Below, in pieces: positions 8,881-17,998 of a stretch of 32,000 nt of DNA. The notes below the pieces were generated by a model. It did no database searches and was not told the origin of the DNA. It saw only the letters and a program-made list of their open reading frames with translations. Source of the stretch: Xanthomonas campestris pv. campestris str. ATCC 33913 (GTDB lineage: Bacteria; Pseudomonadota; Gammaproteobacteria; Xanthomonadales; Xanthomonadaceae). A program made the position numbers and the translations under genes. The first letter of the stretch is position 1; every line of letters begins with the position of its first letter. The stretch is from the NCBI RefSeq assembly GCF_000007145.1, contig NC_003902.1, forward strand, positions 3,236,497 to 3,268,496, read 5' to 3'.

Positions 8881-8906
8881 CGGCCGACATCTCGATTTGC
8901 CTGCGC

Positions 8907-9905
8907 ATGACCATCGCCCAAGACCTCCCCACCGTACTGGGCCTGCCCCAGATCCAGTCCCTCGCCGCGCCCGACATGGCGGCGGTCGATGCCTTGATCC
9001 GCCGCCGTCTGGCGTCGGACGTCGTGCTGATCAACCAGATTGCCGATCACATCATCTCCGCCGGCGGCAAACGCCTGCGCCCGATGCTGGTGATGCTGGC
9101 CGGCCACGCCGCGGGCGGCTCCGGGCCGGAGCACCACCAGCTCGCGGCGATCATCGAGTTCATCCATACCTCCACGCTGCTGCATGACGACGTGGTGGAC
9201 GAATCAGACCTGCGCCGCGGCCGCAGCACCGCCAATGCGCTATGGGGCAACGCGCCCAGCGTGCTGGTGGGCGATTTCCTGTATTCGCGCAGCTTCCAAC
9301 TGATGGTCGAACTGGACCGCATGGAAGTAATGCAGATCCTGGCCGACACCACCAACCGCATCGCCGAAGGCGAAGTGCTGCAGCTCTTGCATGTACACAA
9401 CCCCGACACCGATGAAGCCGCGTACCTGCGCGTGATCGAGCGCAAGACCGCGGTGCTGTTTGCCGCCGGCACGCGCCTGGGCGCACTGGCCTCGGGCGCG
9501 GATGCGCAGGTGCAGCAGTGCCTGTACGACTACGGCATGCAGCTGGGCTTTGCGTTCCAGATCGCCGACGACGTGCTCGACTACGCCGCAGATGCCACCG
9601 ACCTGGGCAAGAACCTGGGCGACGACCTGGCCGAGGGCAAGGCCACCCTGCCGCTGATCCACGCCATTGCGCATTCCGATGCCGCCACCCAGCAGCGCCT
9701 GCGGCAGATCGTCGAACAGGGCGATGCCGAGGCGATGCCGGAGGTGTTGACGGCCATCCGCGCAACCGGCGGGCTCGATTACAGCCGCCAGCGCGCTGCC
9801 GAATATGCCGCCGCCGCCGAACAGGCCCTGGACGGCTTGCCGCCGAGCCCGGCAGTGGCCGCATTACGCGGCCTGGCGCGTTATGCGGTGGAACGGACGC
9901 ACTGA
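8907..9905 (+). CDS. ispB: octaprenyl-diphosphate synthase (trans-polyprenyl diphosphate synthase)
   Basis: 332 aa. First aspartate-rich motif LLHDDVVDESDLRRGR and second motif FQIADDVLDY. The overall IspB-like length and layout fit. Confidence 0.9.
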   Translation: MTIAQDLPTVLGLPQIQSLAAPDMAAVDALIRRRLASDVVLINQIADHIISAGGKRLRPMLVMLAGHAAGGSGPEHHQLAAIIEFIHTSTLLHDDVVDESDLRRGRSTANALWGNAPSVLVGDFLYSRSFQLMVELDRMEVMQILADTTNRIAEGEVLQLLHVHNPDTDEAAYLRVIERKTAVLFAAGTRLGALASGADAQVQQCLYDYGMQLGFAFQIADDVLDYAADATDLGKNLGDDLAEGKATLPLIHAIAHSDAATQQRLRQIVEQGDAEAMPEVLTAIRATGGLDYSRQRAAEYAAAAEQALDGLPPSPAVAALRGLARYAVERTH

Positions 9906-10110
9906 TCGCAACACGCGGCGCTGGGCGAGTGTCCGGCGCCGCCACCGAGCGAAGTGTCCCGCAAAGCGCTTGTGGTTGTCAGTCCGGCACCGCCCTGCAG
10001 GGCCGTCCTGCAGGCCACAACAGCTGACAACGCTCATCCAAACGACACGCGCCACTGCGTTCCGACAGTGACGCGCTGAAACACGGCCGCTGCATCCGAT
10101 CAAGTGGAAA

Positions 10111-10142
10111 CGCTGGCGCGCAGGACATGCCGCACGCCAGCG
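10111..10142 (-). terminator. possible intrinsic terminator after the dienelactone hydrolase gene
   Basis: An 8-bp GC stem (CGCTGGCG / CGCCAGCG) with a 16-nt loop begins 7 nt after the stop codon and is followed on the minus strand by TTTCCACTT. The U-tract is weak. Confidence 0.35.
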
Positions 10143-10148
10143 CCACCC

Positions 10149-10949
10149 TCACTTACCGAAACGTTCGTCGAAGAACCCGTGCAGCATGCCGAACGCACGC
10201 TTGGCCGCACGCGCGTTGTACAGGCAGCCCGGCGGGCTGTTGGCATCGGCTTCGGCGAAGCAATGCACCGCGCCGCTGAAATTCACGAACTGCCAGTCTG
10301 CGCCGGCGCCGTTCATTTCGGTTTCGAACGCGGCGATGTCGGCCTGGGTCACGCTCTTGTCATCGGCGCCGTTGAGCACCAGCACCGGCGTCTTCGCGGA
10401 GTTGGCGGCCGCCGGCGCAGGTGTGGAAATACCGCCGTGCAGGCTGACCACGCCGGCCAGCTGCGCGCCCGCGCGCACCAATTCCAGCACCGTGGTGCCG
10501 CCAAAACAGAAACCCACCGCACCGATGCGTGCTGCATCCAGCGGTGCGCTGCCGGCCTGCGCCTTGAGCACATCCACCGCCTTGAGGGCACGCGCTTGCA
10601 GCGTGGGCCGGTCATCGCGCAGCGTCTTGGCCTGCGCGCCGGCTTCGGTGTCGTTCTTGGGCCGGATGCCCTTGCCGTAGACGTCCGCCACCAGCACTAC
10701 GTAGTCGTCGCCGGCCAGCTGCTTGGCCTTGGTCACCGCCGAGTCGTTGACCCCGCGCCAGTTGGGCACCATCACCAGGCCCGGGCGCTTGGCAGGGCCG
10801 GCATCGTCATACACCAGCACGCCGCTGAAGCTGTCCTTGCCGATGGTCCATTCCAGCGGCTTGGCTTGCATCGCCGCCATGGCTGGACCGGCCATCAACG
10901 CCAACAGGCCGGCCAGACCGGCGCGTTTCCATTTCGATTGCGTCTGCAT
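10149..10949 (-). CDS. secreted dienelactone hydrolase family protein
   Basis: ORF 10149..11069 trimmed to the ATG at 10949 (GGGAG 8 nt upstream; ATG 10955 is an alternative). Signal peptide MQTQSKWKRAGLAGLLALMAGPAMA. DLH nucleophile motif GAVGFCFGG and C-terminal AVHCF. Confidence 0.85.
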   Translation of the reverse strand: MQTQSKWKRAGLAGLLALMAGPAMAAMQAKPLEWTIGKDSFSGVLVYDDAGPAKRPGLVMVPNWRGVNDSAVTKAKQLAGDDYVVLVADVYGKGIRPKNDTEAGAQAKTLRDDRPTLQARALKAVDVLKAQAGSAPLDAARIGAVGFCFGGTTVLELVRAGAQLAGVVSLHGGISTPAPAAANSAKTPVLVLNGADDKSVTQADIAAFETEMNGAGADWQFVNFSGAVHCFAEADANSPPGCLYNARAAKRAFGMLHGFFDERFGK

Positions 10950-11102
10950 GCACATGCTCCCGGGGATGTGCAGCGAGTCTAGGCGTTTGCGTGGTGCCTG
11001 CATGGTGACGGCGCGCAGCGCGTAGCCGGCCCGCCATCCATTCCGACAAAACAGACCGAAGGCTTGCAACCCGAAACGCGCAACGTGAAAGACAGCTTGG
11101 AG

Positions 11103-12509
11103 CTACTGCACACCCAGGCCGGGAATCGCACTGATCGCCGCAGGATCGAACCCCGCCAGCTGCGCAAAGTGGCGGCCACGCGCCACGTAATCGCTGTACA
11201 CGCCAAAGCTGGGCGCGCCGGGCGACAGCAGCAGCACCCCGCCCTGTGCACCGAGCGCGCTGCGTGCCAGCTGCATCGCATGCGCCAGGTCATCGGCGGC
11301 ATGCAGGCCAAAGCCGGCGCTCTGCGCCAGTGGTGCCAGCAACGCATGGATGCGCGGGCCGTTGGCGCCCATGGTGACGATTTCCAGCGGCGCCTGCTGC
11401 GCCATGTGCGCGGCGAATTCCTGCCAGTCCAGCCCACGGTCGTGCCCACCCACCAGCAACGCCACGCGCTGCTGCGCGAAGCAGGCCAAGGCCGCCAGCG
11501 AGGCATGCGGTGTGGTGCTGATGGAATCGTTGACGTATGCGATGCCGTCCACGCTGCCGAGCCACTGCAGCCGGTTGGGCAACGGACGAAAGGTCAGTGC
11601 CGCCGGCGCCAGTGCCGCCGCATCCAGGCCCAGGGCCTCCACTGCCGCCAGCACGGCGCACAGGTTGCGCCGGTTGTGTTCCCCCGGCAGCGGCACGTTG
11701 GCGGTATCGAAGATCGGTTGTTGGCCGCGATAGACCACGTCGCCACGCAGGTGCCAGCCGTCGGGATGATTGAACCAGCGCACCTCGCTCTCAGGCAGCT
11801 GCAGCTGCGCCAGATGCGGGTCTGCGGCATTGAGCAGCGCGATGCGCGGGCGGCCGTCAGTCACCAGCGCCAGCTTGTCGCGCACATACGCCGCTTCGCT
11901 GCCGTGCCAGTCCAGATGCTCGGGAAACAGGTTCAGCACCAGCGCCAACTCCGGACGTGCGCCACTGCGCCCCACCTCACCGGTCTGGTAGCTGGACAGC
12001 TCGATCGCCCAGTACGCAGGCGGCGGCTGTGGGGAGAGCACTTCCAGCAACGGCTGGCCGATATTGCCGACCAGCGCGGTGCGATGGCCGTCGGCGCGCA
12101 ACAGATGCGCCAGCAGCGCGGTGGTGGTGCTCTTGCCCTTGGTGCCGGTCACGCAGATCGCGCCCGGCACGTAGCCGTCCGGCTGCGCGTGTTCGGCAAA
12201 CCACAGCGCGGTGCCGCCGATGAAGCGCGCGCCCTGCGCGGCGGCGGCGCGTGCCTCCTCACGGTACGGGCTGATGCCCGGTGACTTGATCACGACCTCG
12301 AACGCGGCCAGCGCCTGTGCGCTCGCTTCGGTCTGCACCTGCAACGCGGGGTCTGCCAATGCGGCAACGTCGCGTGCCTCTTCGGCGTTACAAAAGACCG
12401 TCAGCGGCTGCGCAGGCAGCTGTTGGCGCAGCGCGCGGTAGGCGGCGCGCCCTTCGCGCGCCCATCCCCACAACGCAACCGCCTTGCCCTCAAGCTGCGA
12501 AATTCGCAC
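11103..12509 (-). CDS. murD2: MurD-type UDP-N-acetylmuramoyl-L-alanine--glutamate ligase, MurD2-like (L-Glu-adding paralogue)
   Basis: Mur ligase P-loop [18 protein letters not shown] and full-length MurD-like layout. Start chosen at GTG 12509 (VRISQLEGK..., GGGAG 7 nt upstream); the in-frame ATG at 12551 is an alternative. The MurD2 assignment rests on its position directly downstream of a MurL-like gene, as reported for Xanthomonas oryzae. Confidence 0.8.
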   Translation of the reverse strand: MRISQLEGKAVALWGWAREGRAAYRALRQQLPAQPLTVFCNAEEARDVAALADPALQVQTEASAQALAAFEVVIKSPGISPYREEARAAAAQGARFIGGTALWFAEHAQPDGYVPGAICVTGTKGKSTTTALLAHLLRADGHRTALVGNIGQPLLEVLSPQPPPAYWAIELSSYQTGEVGRSGARPELALVLNLFPEHLDWHGSEAAYVRDKLALVTDGRPRIALLNAADPHLAQLQLPESEVRWFNHPDGWHLRGDVVYRGQQPIFDTANVPLPGEHNRRNLCAVLAAVEALGLDAAALAPAALTFRPLPNRLQWLGSVDGIAYVNDSISTTPHASLAALACFAQQRVALLVGGHDRGLDWQEFAAHMAQQAPLEIVTMGANGPRIHALLAPLAQSAGFGLHAADDLAHAMQLARSALGAQGGVLLLSPGAPSFGVYSDYVARGRHFAQLAGFDPAAISAIPGLGVQ

Positions 12510-13845
12510 GCACGCGCTCCCACAGCGCCGAAGGAACGCGGTGCTCGCCATCGATGGTCATCAGGGGCTGCAGCTGCAGTGCGTCCTGCTCCAGCTGCGG
12601 TTGGATCTCGCGGATAAACCGCTTCACCAGCGCGTCTTCCTTCCATTCCGCACGGGTGGCCAGCACCGCCATCGCGGCACGCGACTCGCGCCCCTCGCCC
12701 ACGCATTCGAACGGCTTGTGGTCCTGGAATTCCAGCAACGCATCGTAGCCGCCGGCCTGGGCGGCATCGTCGAGCAGGTTGCGCCCGAAGATCTTGACCA
12801 GGCGCGTCTTGGGCATGAACGGCGCCAACGCCAGAAACACGAAATGGCATTTGGGGCACACCCCGCACCAGCGATGCACCGGCCGCTCGCCCATGATGTG
12901 GAAATTGCGGTTGCAGCTGGAAAAATGCGCGTCGTAGTGATCGGTCTTGGCGAATTGCCGTGCCACCGCAAGTTCGGAAAGTGGGCGCAGCAGCGAGTAA
13001 TAACGCAGGTCCGCGGCAACATGCTGCTGCACGTACTCCCCAAAGGCTTGCTCGAACGCCCAGCCCTTAGACCACTGGTGATTGACCTCGCCGGTGCCAG
13101 GAATCTCGCTGCCATAGCTGGCCGAACGCTCGTTGGAAAACACCACCTGGTCCACGCCGGTGAGCAGCGCCGATAACACCAAAATGGCCGAATTCACCGC
13201 CGTCACCGGGATGTGCCCGTTCCAGGCACCCTGACGATTGAGCTCGAACAACTCCGGCGCCAGCACGCGGCCGATATTGAGCACCGGCAGCCCGGTCCGC
13301 TCGGCGCAGGCGCGGATCAATTGCGAACCGCCGATCCAGCTGACGGTCTGATCCACCCCGGCCTGCCGCAATGCTTCAATACTGACCAGCGAATCCTTGC
13401 CGCCCCCGATGGCCACCAGCGCATGCTCGCGCAGCCCTGCGGCCGGTGCCTGGTCGGCCGCCGGCGCGGTCACCGGGAAGTGGATCTTGCCGTGCAGGTT
13501 CAAGCCATTGCGGTAAGCGAATTCGCGCAGGCCGTGCAAATAAACGCTTTCCATCAGTGCGGCGGTCTCCGCATCGATGGCGTAGTCCTCGATCTGGATA
13601 GTCGGCGGCACCGCCGCCTTGTAGTAGCTGACACCGGCGATCAGGTGCAGCAAGCGCAAGGCCTGTTGCACGGCCGCCGCACGCGTGGCGTCCAGCACGA
13701 ACGGTGCACCGGGCACCGCCACGGTCTCCACCAGTTCCGGCCCCTGGTCGAAGGCATACACCAGCGTCGCCACGCCGGTCTGCGCATCCAGCGCGCAGCG
13801 GACAAAGCGGAACGTGGACACCTGATGTTTGTCGAAAGCGCTCAT
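12490..13845 (-). CDS. murL: MurL-like UDP-MurNAc-L-Ala-L-Glu epimerase candidate (PP-loop ATP-pyrophosphatase-like protein)
   Basis: The 564-aa ORF is trimmed to the ATG at 13845 (MSAFDKHQV...), which overlaps the upstream stop as ATGA. PP-loop-like motif AIGGGKDS (nt 13390-13413) and Cys cluster [12 protein letters not shown]. The gene is coupled to the MurD-like gene. The functional name comes from my recollection of the Xanthomonas MurD2/MurL pathway, not from a search. Confidence 0.7.
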   Translation of the reverse strand: MSAFDKHQVSTFRFVRCALDAQTGVATLVYAFDQGPELVETVAVPGAPFVLDATRAAAVQQALRLLHLIAGVSYYKAAVPPTIQIEDYAIDAETAALMESVYLHGLREFAYRNGLNLHGKIHFPVTAPAADQAPAAGLREHALVAIGGGKDSLVSIEALRQAGVDQTVSWIGGSQLIRACAERTGLPVLNIGRVLAPELFELNRQGAWNGHIPVTAVNSAILVLSALLTGVDQVVFSNERSASYGSEIPGTGEVNHQWSKGWAFEQAFGEYVQQHVAADLRYYSLLRPLSELAVARQFAKTDHYDAHFSSCNRNFHIMGERPVHRWCGVCPKCHFVFLALAPFMPKTRLVKIFGRNLLDDAAQAGGYDALLEFQDHKPFECVGEGRESRAAMAVLATRAEWKEDALVKRFIREIQPQLEQDALQLQPLMTIDGEHRVPSALWERVRANFAA

Positions 13846-14300
13846 ACACACCCTGCAGGCACACGTGCGCGACGCAGATAACGCCGGCACAGGAAATATT
13901 CGATGATGGAAAACGGCACAGCGGCCCACAGCAGCGGCAGGCAACCGATGAGGAACACCAGCAGCAGTGCCTCCGAGCCAATGACTTCTGCGCTGCCAGT
14001 GACTGCCAACGCGATCACCAGATACAACAACAACAGCGGCGGATAGCTGAGTGCGTTCAACACCAGCGTGCGCAACGCCATGCCGCCGGCATGCTGCGCC
14101 GGCGCGCGACGCTGGCGCCAACGCTGCCAGCGCGCCGCACCCCATGCGCCTACGCCGGCAGCGACCAGCGCGGGCAGCGCCCACTTTAGGCTATCGGTCC
14201 ACGGCATCGCCTGGCCGGCCATGTCGATGGCGGTGGACACCACCATCGACACACCACCGGCCAGCGTGCTCAGCGCGATGAACTCAGCCAGCGGCCGCAT
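13842..14300 (-). CDS. small integral membrane protein, unknown function
   Basis: 152 aa with about 4 hydrophobic segments (e.g. LAEFIALSTLAGGVSMVVSTAI, WALPALVAAGVGAWGAA, PPLLLLYLVIALAVTG, LLLVFLIGCLPLLWAAVPF). The ATG overlaps the end of lysAC by 17 nt, and the stop overlaps the murL ATG. There is no recognisable family, so a spurious ORF is still possible. Confidence 0.5.
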   Translation of the reverse strand: MRPLAEFIALSTLAGGVSMVVSTAIDMAGQAMPWTDSLKWALPALVAAGVGAWGAARWQRWRQRRAPAQHAGGMALRTLVLNALSYPPLLLLYLVIALAVTGSAEVIGSEALLLVFLIGCLPLLWAAVPFSIIEYFLCRRYLRRARVPAGCV

Positions 14301-16893
14301 CGATCACCTCTTCGCGCGGCAACTCCCGCTGGTTGTAGGTGCTGGCCATGGAATACCCATACGCGCCGGCATCAGCGATCAGCATCACATTGCCCGGTGC
14401 GGTCGCCGCGGGCAGGCGGCGGCGCTTGCCGAACACATCGGAGGATTCGCAGATCGGCCCCACCACATCGAAGCTGCCATCGGCAGGCGCACCGAGCTGG
14501 CTGAGGTTTTCGATGTCGTGCCAGGCGTCGTACAGCGCCGGGCGGATCAGGCTATTCATGCCGGCATCCAGGCCAACGCGATGGACGCCGTCCTTTTCGA
14601 TCACCTGGGTCGCCTGGGCCAGCAACACGCCGGCCTCGGCCACCAGATAACGGCCAGGCTCGATCGCCAGGCGGAAGCCCGGATGCACGGCCTTGACCTC
14701 GGCCAGGCCCTTGGCCCACAGCTCCAGGTCGAACGGCTCGTCTTCGGCGCTGTAGGGAATCGGCAGCCCACCGCCGATGTCGATGGTCTCCACGGTGCCG
14801 ATGCGGCGCGCGAAGCCGGCCAGTTCGTCGTACATCATCCGCCAGTGTTCGCCGGTCTCCACGCCGCTGCCCAGATGCGCATGCACGCCGGTGATGGTGA
14901 CTTCCAGCGTGCGTGCCAACTCGACGAACTCATCCACGCGCGTGGACGACAGCCCGAACTTGGACGCCTTGCCACCGGTGTTGACCTTCTCGTGGTGGCC
15001 ATCGCCGTGGCCCAGGTCGATGCGCAGCCACACGTTGCGGCCGCGGAACAACTCCGGCCAGCGCTTGAGCGCTTCGACGTTGTCCACGGTGACGGTTACG
15101 CCCAGCGCAAACGCGGCCTCGTATTCGCTACGCGGCGCGAAGCTCGGCGTGAACAACACGCGGCGTGGCGACAGCTCAGGCAACGTGTCGAACACGCGGC
15201 GCAATTCGCCGTGCGAGACGCATTCCAGGCCGAATCCAGCCTGTTCCAGCGCCATCAGGATGGCCGGATGCGAGTTGGCCTTGATCGCGTAATAGCGCTG
15301 ATCCACTGCGGCAATCTGCGCCAGCGCTTGCGCGCGCGCGCGCACCGTGGGCAGGTGGTACACGTAACGCGGCGTGCCGGCCTTGGACAGCGTCAGCAGA
15401 TGCGCGCGCTCGGCATGCCACCACGGCGTGGGCCGCGGCCGCACCGAACCGATGATGTCACGCCAGCGTGGGCCAAACACCTCACCTTCGCTGACCGGCA
15501 TGGCGCCGCTATCGATCAATTCCGCATGCAAAATCGGCAACAGGCCGTCGGCATCGGATTCGTCGATGACGAAGGTCAGGTTCAAGTCGTTGGACGACTG
15601 CGAAATCATGTGCACGCGCTCCTGACCGAACGTGGCCCACACGTCGGACAGCTTGTGCAGCAGCGAGCGCATGCCGCGCCCGACCAGCGTGATCGCCGCG
15701 CACGGCACGATGATCTTGACCTTGCAGATCTGCGACAGGTCTGCCGACAACGCCGCCAGCACATCGGTGTTGACCAGGTTTTCGGACGGGTCCAGCGAGA
15801 CGGTGACGTTGGTTTCGGCCGAGCCGATCAGATCCACCGACAAGCCATGCTTCTTGAACAGCGTGAACACATCGGCCAGGAAGCCGACCTGCTGCCACAT
15901 GCCGATGCCTTCCATCGACACCAGCACGATGCCGTTGCGGCGGCTGATCGCCTTGACGCCGAGTACTGGTTCGGCGCTGCCATCGATGCTGGTGCCTGGC
16001 AGATCCGGGCGTTCGGTATCCAGGATCGCCATCGGCACGCCGGAATCGCGGCAGGGCTTGATCGAGCGCGGATGCAGCACCTTGGCGCCGGTGGTGGCGA
16101 TTTCCTGCGCTTCGTAATAGTCCAGGCGGGTCAGCAGACGCGCATCCGGCACTTCCTTCGGGTTGGCGCTGAACATGCCGGGCACGTCGGTCCAGATTTC
16201 CACCCGGCTGGCGCCGAGCAATGCACCGAAATACGCCGCCGAGGTGTCCGAGCCGCCACGGCCCAGGATCGCGGTGCCGCCATCGGCGTGCCGCGAGATA
16301 AAGCCCTGCGTGATCAGCAGCCGCGTGGGCTGCGCATCGAAACGCGCCCGCCATGCGGCATCGGATTGCCACTGGCACGACACCGACAAGCGCTTGGACC
16401 ACTCGCTCTGGTTGGGCTGCGGCGGCAACGCCGACAACCACTCCCGCGCATCCAGCCAGCCCATGTCCAGGCCATTGGCATGCAGATAGGCCGCACCGAT
16501 GGTGGAAGACAGCAATTCGCCTTGCCCCAGCACCTCGGCCTGCCAGTCGAGCGTGCGGCTGGCAGCGCGTGCATCGCCCACCAACGCGTGCAACGCGGCA
16601 AGCCGCGCGCCCAGCACTGCGTCGGCATCGAGCTCAAGCTCGGCAAGGAATTCGCGATGCCGCAGTTCCAGTGCCGCCACGCGCTGCGCGCTGTCGGCAG
16701 CACCATCGGCGATGGCAGTGAGCTCGTTGGTGACGCCCGACAACGCAGACACCACCACCAGCACGCGGCCGCCGGTTTCGTTCGCCCGTTTGCTCGCCAG
16801 TTTTCCAATCGTGTCCCAGCGATGACGACGCGACACCGAGGTGCCGCCGAACTTGAGGACGATCCAACGATCGGTAGAAAGGGAAGCTGACAT
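14284..16893 (-). CDS. lysA: bifunctional aspartate kinase / diaminopimelate decarboxylase (LysC-LysA fusion)
   Basis: ORF 14284..17112 trimmed to the ATG at 16893 (MSASLSTDRWIVLKFGGTSVS). The N-terminal half is an aspartokinase (KFGGTS, ACT-like region). The C-terminal half is a PLP decarboxylase (YYAIKANSHPAIL with the PLP lysine; ...ESSDVFG...). Total 869 aa. Confidence 0.9.
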   Translation of the reverse strand: MSASLSTDRWIVLKFGGTSVSRRHRWDTIGKLASKRANETGGRVLVVVSALSGVTNELTAIADGAADSAQRVAALELRHREFLAELELDADAVLGARLAALHALVGDARAASRTLDWQAEVLGQGELLSSTIGAAYLHANGLDMGWLDAREWLSALPPQPNQSEWSKRLSVSCQWQSDAAWRARFDAQPTRLLITQGFISRHADGGTAILGRGGSDTSAAYFGALLGASRVEIWTDVPGMFSANPKEVPDARLLTRLDYYEAQEIATTGAKVLHPRSIKPCRDSGVPMAILDTERPDLPGTSIDGSAEPVLGVKAISRRNGIVLVSMEGIGMWQQVGFLADVFTLFKKHGLSVDLIGSAETNVTVSLDPSENLVNTDVLAALSADLSQICKVKIIVPCAAITLVGRGMRSLLHKLSDVWATFGQERVHMISQSSNDLNLTFVIDESDADGLLPILHAELIDSGAMPVSEGEVFGPRWRDIIGSVRPRPTPWWHAERAHLLTLSKAGTPRYVYHLPTVRARAQALAQIAAVDQRYYAIKANSHPAILMALEQAGFGLECVSHGELRRVFDTLPELSPRRVLFTPSFAPRSEYEAAFALGVTVTVDNVEALKRWPELFRGRNVWLRIDLGHGDGHHEKVNTGGKASKFGLSSTRVDEFVELARTLEVTITGVHAHLGSGVETGEHWRMMYDELAGFARRIGTVETIDIGGGLPIPYSAEDEPFDLELWAKGLAEVKAVHPGFRLAIEPGRYLVAEAGVLLAQATQVIEKDGVHRVGLDAGMNSLIRPALYDAWHDIENLSQLGAPADGSFDVVGPICESSDVFGKRRRLPAATAPGNVMLIADAGAYGYSMASTYNQRELPREEVIDAAAG

Positions 16894-17088
16894 TAGATGT
16901 GGGCGTTTAGGATGGGGGGAGTTGCCCGGTACGCCGGGCGGAACCTCCGATTCTACTGCCAATATCCCAGCCATGACCCCTCCTCGCGTCACAGCCGCGC
17001 TGCCAGGCACCATCGCGCCCATGCACCCCGCGCGGCTGCAGCCATCGCTGTCTGCACGCACTGTCCTTTCACCGTAACGGCCGCCCTG

Positions 17089-17967
17089 ATGCGCACATTT
17101 CGCTACCTGCAACTGGATGTTTTCTCCAACCGCCCTGGCGCTGGCAACCCACTGGGCGTCGTCGTCGATGCCGGCGCACTGTCAGCGCAACAGATGCAGC
17201 AGATTGCCGCCTGGCTGAACCTGTCGGAGACGGTGTTTTTCCTGCCGGTCAGCGCGCCGGGCGCGGATTACCACATCCGCATTTTCACCCCGCGCGCGGA
17301 GCTGCCGTTTGCCGGGCACCCCAGCGTGGGCGCTGCCTGGGTTGCCAGGACGCACGGCCTGGTGGGATACCGCCAGGACAACCGGCTGTACCAGCAATGC
17401 GCCGCCGGCGTGCTGCCGGTGGATGTATTCGACCGTCACGACGTGGTGCTGGTGCGTCTGCGCGCGCCGCGCGCGCAGTGCAGCGACACCGGCACGCACC
17501 ACGCCGCTGCGCTGGCGCAGGTCACCCGAGCGTTCGCCATGAGCGCGCAGGCGCCTGCCCTGTGGAACAACGGGCCCAGCTGGTGGTTGCTGGAGCTGGC
17601 CGACGAGGCCGCGGTGCGGACGGCCGTGCCCGACCTGGCCGCCATCGCCGCACTCACCGCGGCCAGCGGGGCGGTCGGGCTGGCCATCTACGCCGCCGCG
17701 GCCAGCGATGCGGAAGATCTGGTGGTGCGTGCATTCTGCCCGGGCGACGGCATCCCCGAAGACCCCGTCACCGGCAGCGCCAATGCCTGCATCGCCGCGC
17801 GCCTGCTGGCCGAGGATCGGCTGCCGGGCAGGCAGGGACGCTACGTCGCCAGCCAGGGCCGCGAGGTCGGCCGCGATGGCCGCGTGGAGGTGGAAGTCGA
17901 CGCCGCCGGCGATGTATGGATCGGTGGCGCAACGCAGCAAGTGATCGAAGGCCGCATCGCTTGGTAA
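17089..17967 (+). CDS. PhzF-family isomerase/epimerase-like protein (paralogue 1)
   Basis: ORF 16897..17967 trimmed to the ATG at 17089 (MRTFRYLQLDVFSNRPGAGNPLGVV). PhzF hallmarks: LSETVFFLP, PFAGHPSVGAAW and the C-terminal GREVG...GGA region. Confidence 0.85.
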   Translation: MRTFRYLQLDVFSNRPGAGNPLGVVVDAGALSAQQMQQIAAWLNLSETVFFLPVSAPGADYHIRIFTPRAELPFAGHPSVGAAWVARTHGLVGYRQDNRLYQQCAAGVLPVDVFDRHDVVLVRLRAPRAQCSDTGTHHAAALAQVTRAFAMSAQAPALWNNGPSWWLLELADEAAVRTAVPDLAAIAALTAASGAVGLAIYAAAASDAEDLVVRAFCPGDGIPEDPVTGSANACIAARLLAEDRLPGRQGRYVASQGREVGRDGRVEVEVDAAGDVWIGGATQQVIEGRIAW

Positions 17968-17998
17968 GCTGCCGCGCCCTGCTCGCGGACCCGCTCCC

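Noticed and set aside
8627-8906. LexA/SOS box upstream of ssb
   Set aside because: I looked for a TTAG-N6-TACTA-type palindrome in the ssb-ispB divergent region and found none. Only a short direct repeat CCGCACCTG x2 is present.
9994-10014. Two CCTGCAGG palindromes 5 nt apart downstream of ispB, as a possible terminator
   Set aside because: They can form an 8-bp GC hairpin but have no U-tract on either strand and lie ~90 nt after the stop. There is insufficient support to call a terminator.
12490-14184. N-terminal extensions of track ORFs: the 564-aa form of murL, the 942-aa form of lysAC (to 17112), the 912-aa form of the membrane protein (from 22092), the 392-aa form of the oxidoreductase (to 1433), the 356-aa form of phzF paralogue 1 (from 16897), the 306-aa form of the DLH gene (to 11069), the 407-aa form of pilU (to 29950) and the 218-aa form of ruvX (to 22525)
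   Set aside because: The extensions overlap neighbouring genes or intergenic repeats, are Arg/Ala-rich, and lack an RBS. Internal starts with RBSs, signal peptides or conserved N-termini fit better.
14068-16890. 940-aa ORF on the plus strand
   Set aside because: It lies entirely antisense to the well-supported lysAC gene. The product is Arg/Ala/Gly/His-rich low-complexity sequence with no motifs. This is a typical stop-free shadow frame in ~70% GC DNA.
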